Source: Azolla caroliniana
Lineage: Eukaryota; Plantae; Polypodiophyta
Direction: 5' to 3'
Assembly (NCBI GenBank): GCA_043228905.1
Contig: JBHGNT010000014.1
Span: forward strand, 11,594,001-11,658,000
Length of the DNA: 64,000 nucleotides
This document shows, in pieces, positions 62,133 to 64,000 of this stretch. The translations under genes were made by a program, and so were the position numbers. Positions within the stretch are counted from its first letter, which is position 1. Every line of letters starts with the position of its first letter. The notes beneath the pieces are model-generated. The model was given only the letters and a program-made list of their open reading frames with translations. It was not told where the DNA came from and did no database searches.

Positions 62133-62862
62133 GTAACAAACTAATTAATGCCTTTTTTCGCTAATTCATTAGTCCCATCCATCCATCCATCCATCTTCTG
62201 TCCCAACCTTAGTCTAACTAAATTATAATAAGATCATGCATACAGTACATTGCAATCCCAGATGATACCAATTACCCTCCTCTCATTCGCATGGCAACAA
62301 TGCCAGCCACCACATTCCTAACGGTCATCTAATTGTAATTCCTAACGAATCCCCTTAAAATCTCTCTATCGTTACATCCATTGTTTGTTTGGCATATTAT
62401 ATGTCTGTAGTCGGTGGATCCCTTTCACCCCCCACCCCCAATTTTAATCTTTAGGTTAGGTTTTTCTTTTGTGTCATCTGTCATCATGTATGTGGCCGTA
62501 TGCATGTGACATGTCGTTCGTTCTGCATATGTTTTGGATGAAAAAGTTACCATATTTTTTTGGATGAAAAAGTTGTAGAATATGTTCCGATTAAAGAGTT
62601 CCAATATATGTTTGGATTAAAAAATGCACCACCGATGACAAGTACAAATGCCGTTGTTGTGTTCTGCATAATCTCAATGTAAAATGCATTATGTCAGATC
62701 GATGATGTTTTCTTTTTCTTTTTCTAGTCATAACTTTTGTCTGATCTCCCAAAACCCTAAACGAAGAAGGAGATGGTGTCTGATCATCATCATCATCATA
62801 ATAATAATAATAAAAGAAGAAGAAGAAGAAGAAGAAGTTTTTCGCGATTCGAACTCACGACT

Positions 62863-62864
<2 letters not shown>

Positions 62865-62910
<46 letters not shown>

Positions 62911-62932
62911 GTGTGTGTGTGTGCGCGCGCGC
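62865..62932. repeat. Compound (GA)n(GT)n(GC)n microsatellite in MYB intron 2
   Basis: Direct repeat runs. Confidence 0.9.
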
Positions 62933-64000
62933 GTCTGCTCTGCCAGACAGTCAGTGAGTCAGTTAGGCAGTTAGTTAGTTAGTTAGTTCGTTAGTTGATG
63001 ACGTATGCCCACCCCACGTCAACTTGACGGCCGGAATAATAATAATAATAATACTACGTATCTTTCTTCTTCTTCTTCTTTTGAATGGGATGTGGATTGA
63101 AGATTTCGGAAAAAGGCCCCGGCCCCCTCCCCCTGTTTTTCCTTCTTCTTCTTCTTCTTCTTCTTTTTAATGGCCAAATATTTGTATGATTAGAAAGACC
63201 TTCAGATTCCTCGTCGGAGGACAAGGAGATCTGCAGATCGAAACCCTAAAAAACCCCAAATCCCCCAACATAATAATAATAAAAAGAACCCAACAAACAT
63301 TAAGAGAAAGCAACAAATTAACAATAAAATTAAATGAAGTGAATAAAATCAATAATATATGTGTGTGTTTTGTGTACATATATGGAAGAAAAGATCCAAT
63401 CGTATAACTCTCATTGATTCCTTCTCTTTTTTCTTTTTCTTTTTTTGCTTTAAAATTTGTTTCTTCTTTTCTTTTCCATTTTTCTTTTTTCCCTTTTTTC
63501 CTTTTTGTTTTTGTTTGTTCCCCTTAGGTAAAGAAAAAACAAAAAAAAACAAGTAGAAATTTTGGCACCATAAATATTAATAAATAGGATTCGAAAACGA
63601 AAAAGTTGTATTTTATTTATTTTCTAGTTTCTTTGCTTTTTGTTTTTTTCCGTGTGTTTGAACAAGGCACGTAAAATATAAATATATATATATGTTATTG
63701 GGGATGTTTTTTCAGCACGTGCGAAACTGAGAGGAAAGGAAAAAAAGACTGAATTCCAGCGTGCATGCTTTTCCTCGTGAATCCTTTTTCCTCATTTTCT
63801 TTTTTTTTTTGGTTTTGGGTTGTTTTTTCTACCTCTATTTTACTCTTTTTTATATTTTTATCACATTTTATCTTCCCTCTTTAATATTCTCTCATGCCCA
63901 AATGGGGCAAATGTCCTTGCCCTTTTTTGGTAAGGTGTCCAAATTGAGAAGATGGTGGAAAAATATTTACAAAGTGGTTTTTAGGGTCTTTGCATTCCTA

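Noticed and set aside
62768-62830. RWCLII peptide resembling the start of MYB exon 3 (RWSLIA)
   Set aside because: No polypyrimidine acceptor, and it runs into (ATC)n/(AAT)n repeats with no PGRTDN motif.

Overview
Plant nuclear DNA. A non-seed vascular plant such as a fern is my inference from the retroelement types, long introns and microsatellite load; this is not proven. Bases 1-37 kb are a deep nest of LTR retrotransposons whose order can be reconstructed from target-site duplications (TSDs). The nest holds at least two Ty1/Copia families (A and B, six insertions), solo LTRs, an old decayed Gypsy, a Ty3-like Gypsy fragment, and one young near-intact Gypsy (29150-36191). The young Gypsy has a 4-bp TSD, a tRNA-Trp primer site, and a -1 frameshift placed after the protease, with a covariation-supported pseudoknot. 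Bases 37-64 kb hold LINE remnants, an intronless BCS1-like AAA-ATPase, a processed pseudogene of proteasome alpha subunit PAD, a SAM synthetase fragment, a complete 5-exon farnesylcysteine lyase gene, and the first two exons of a MYB80/MYB35-like R2R3-MYB. All alignments and counts were done by eye.
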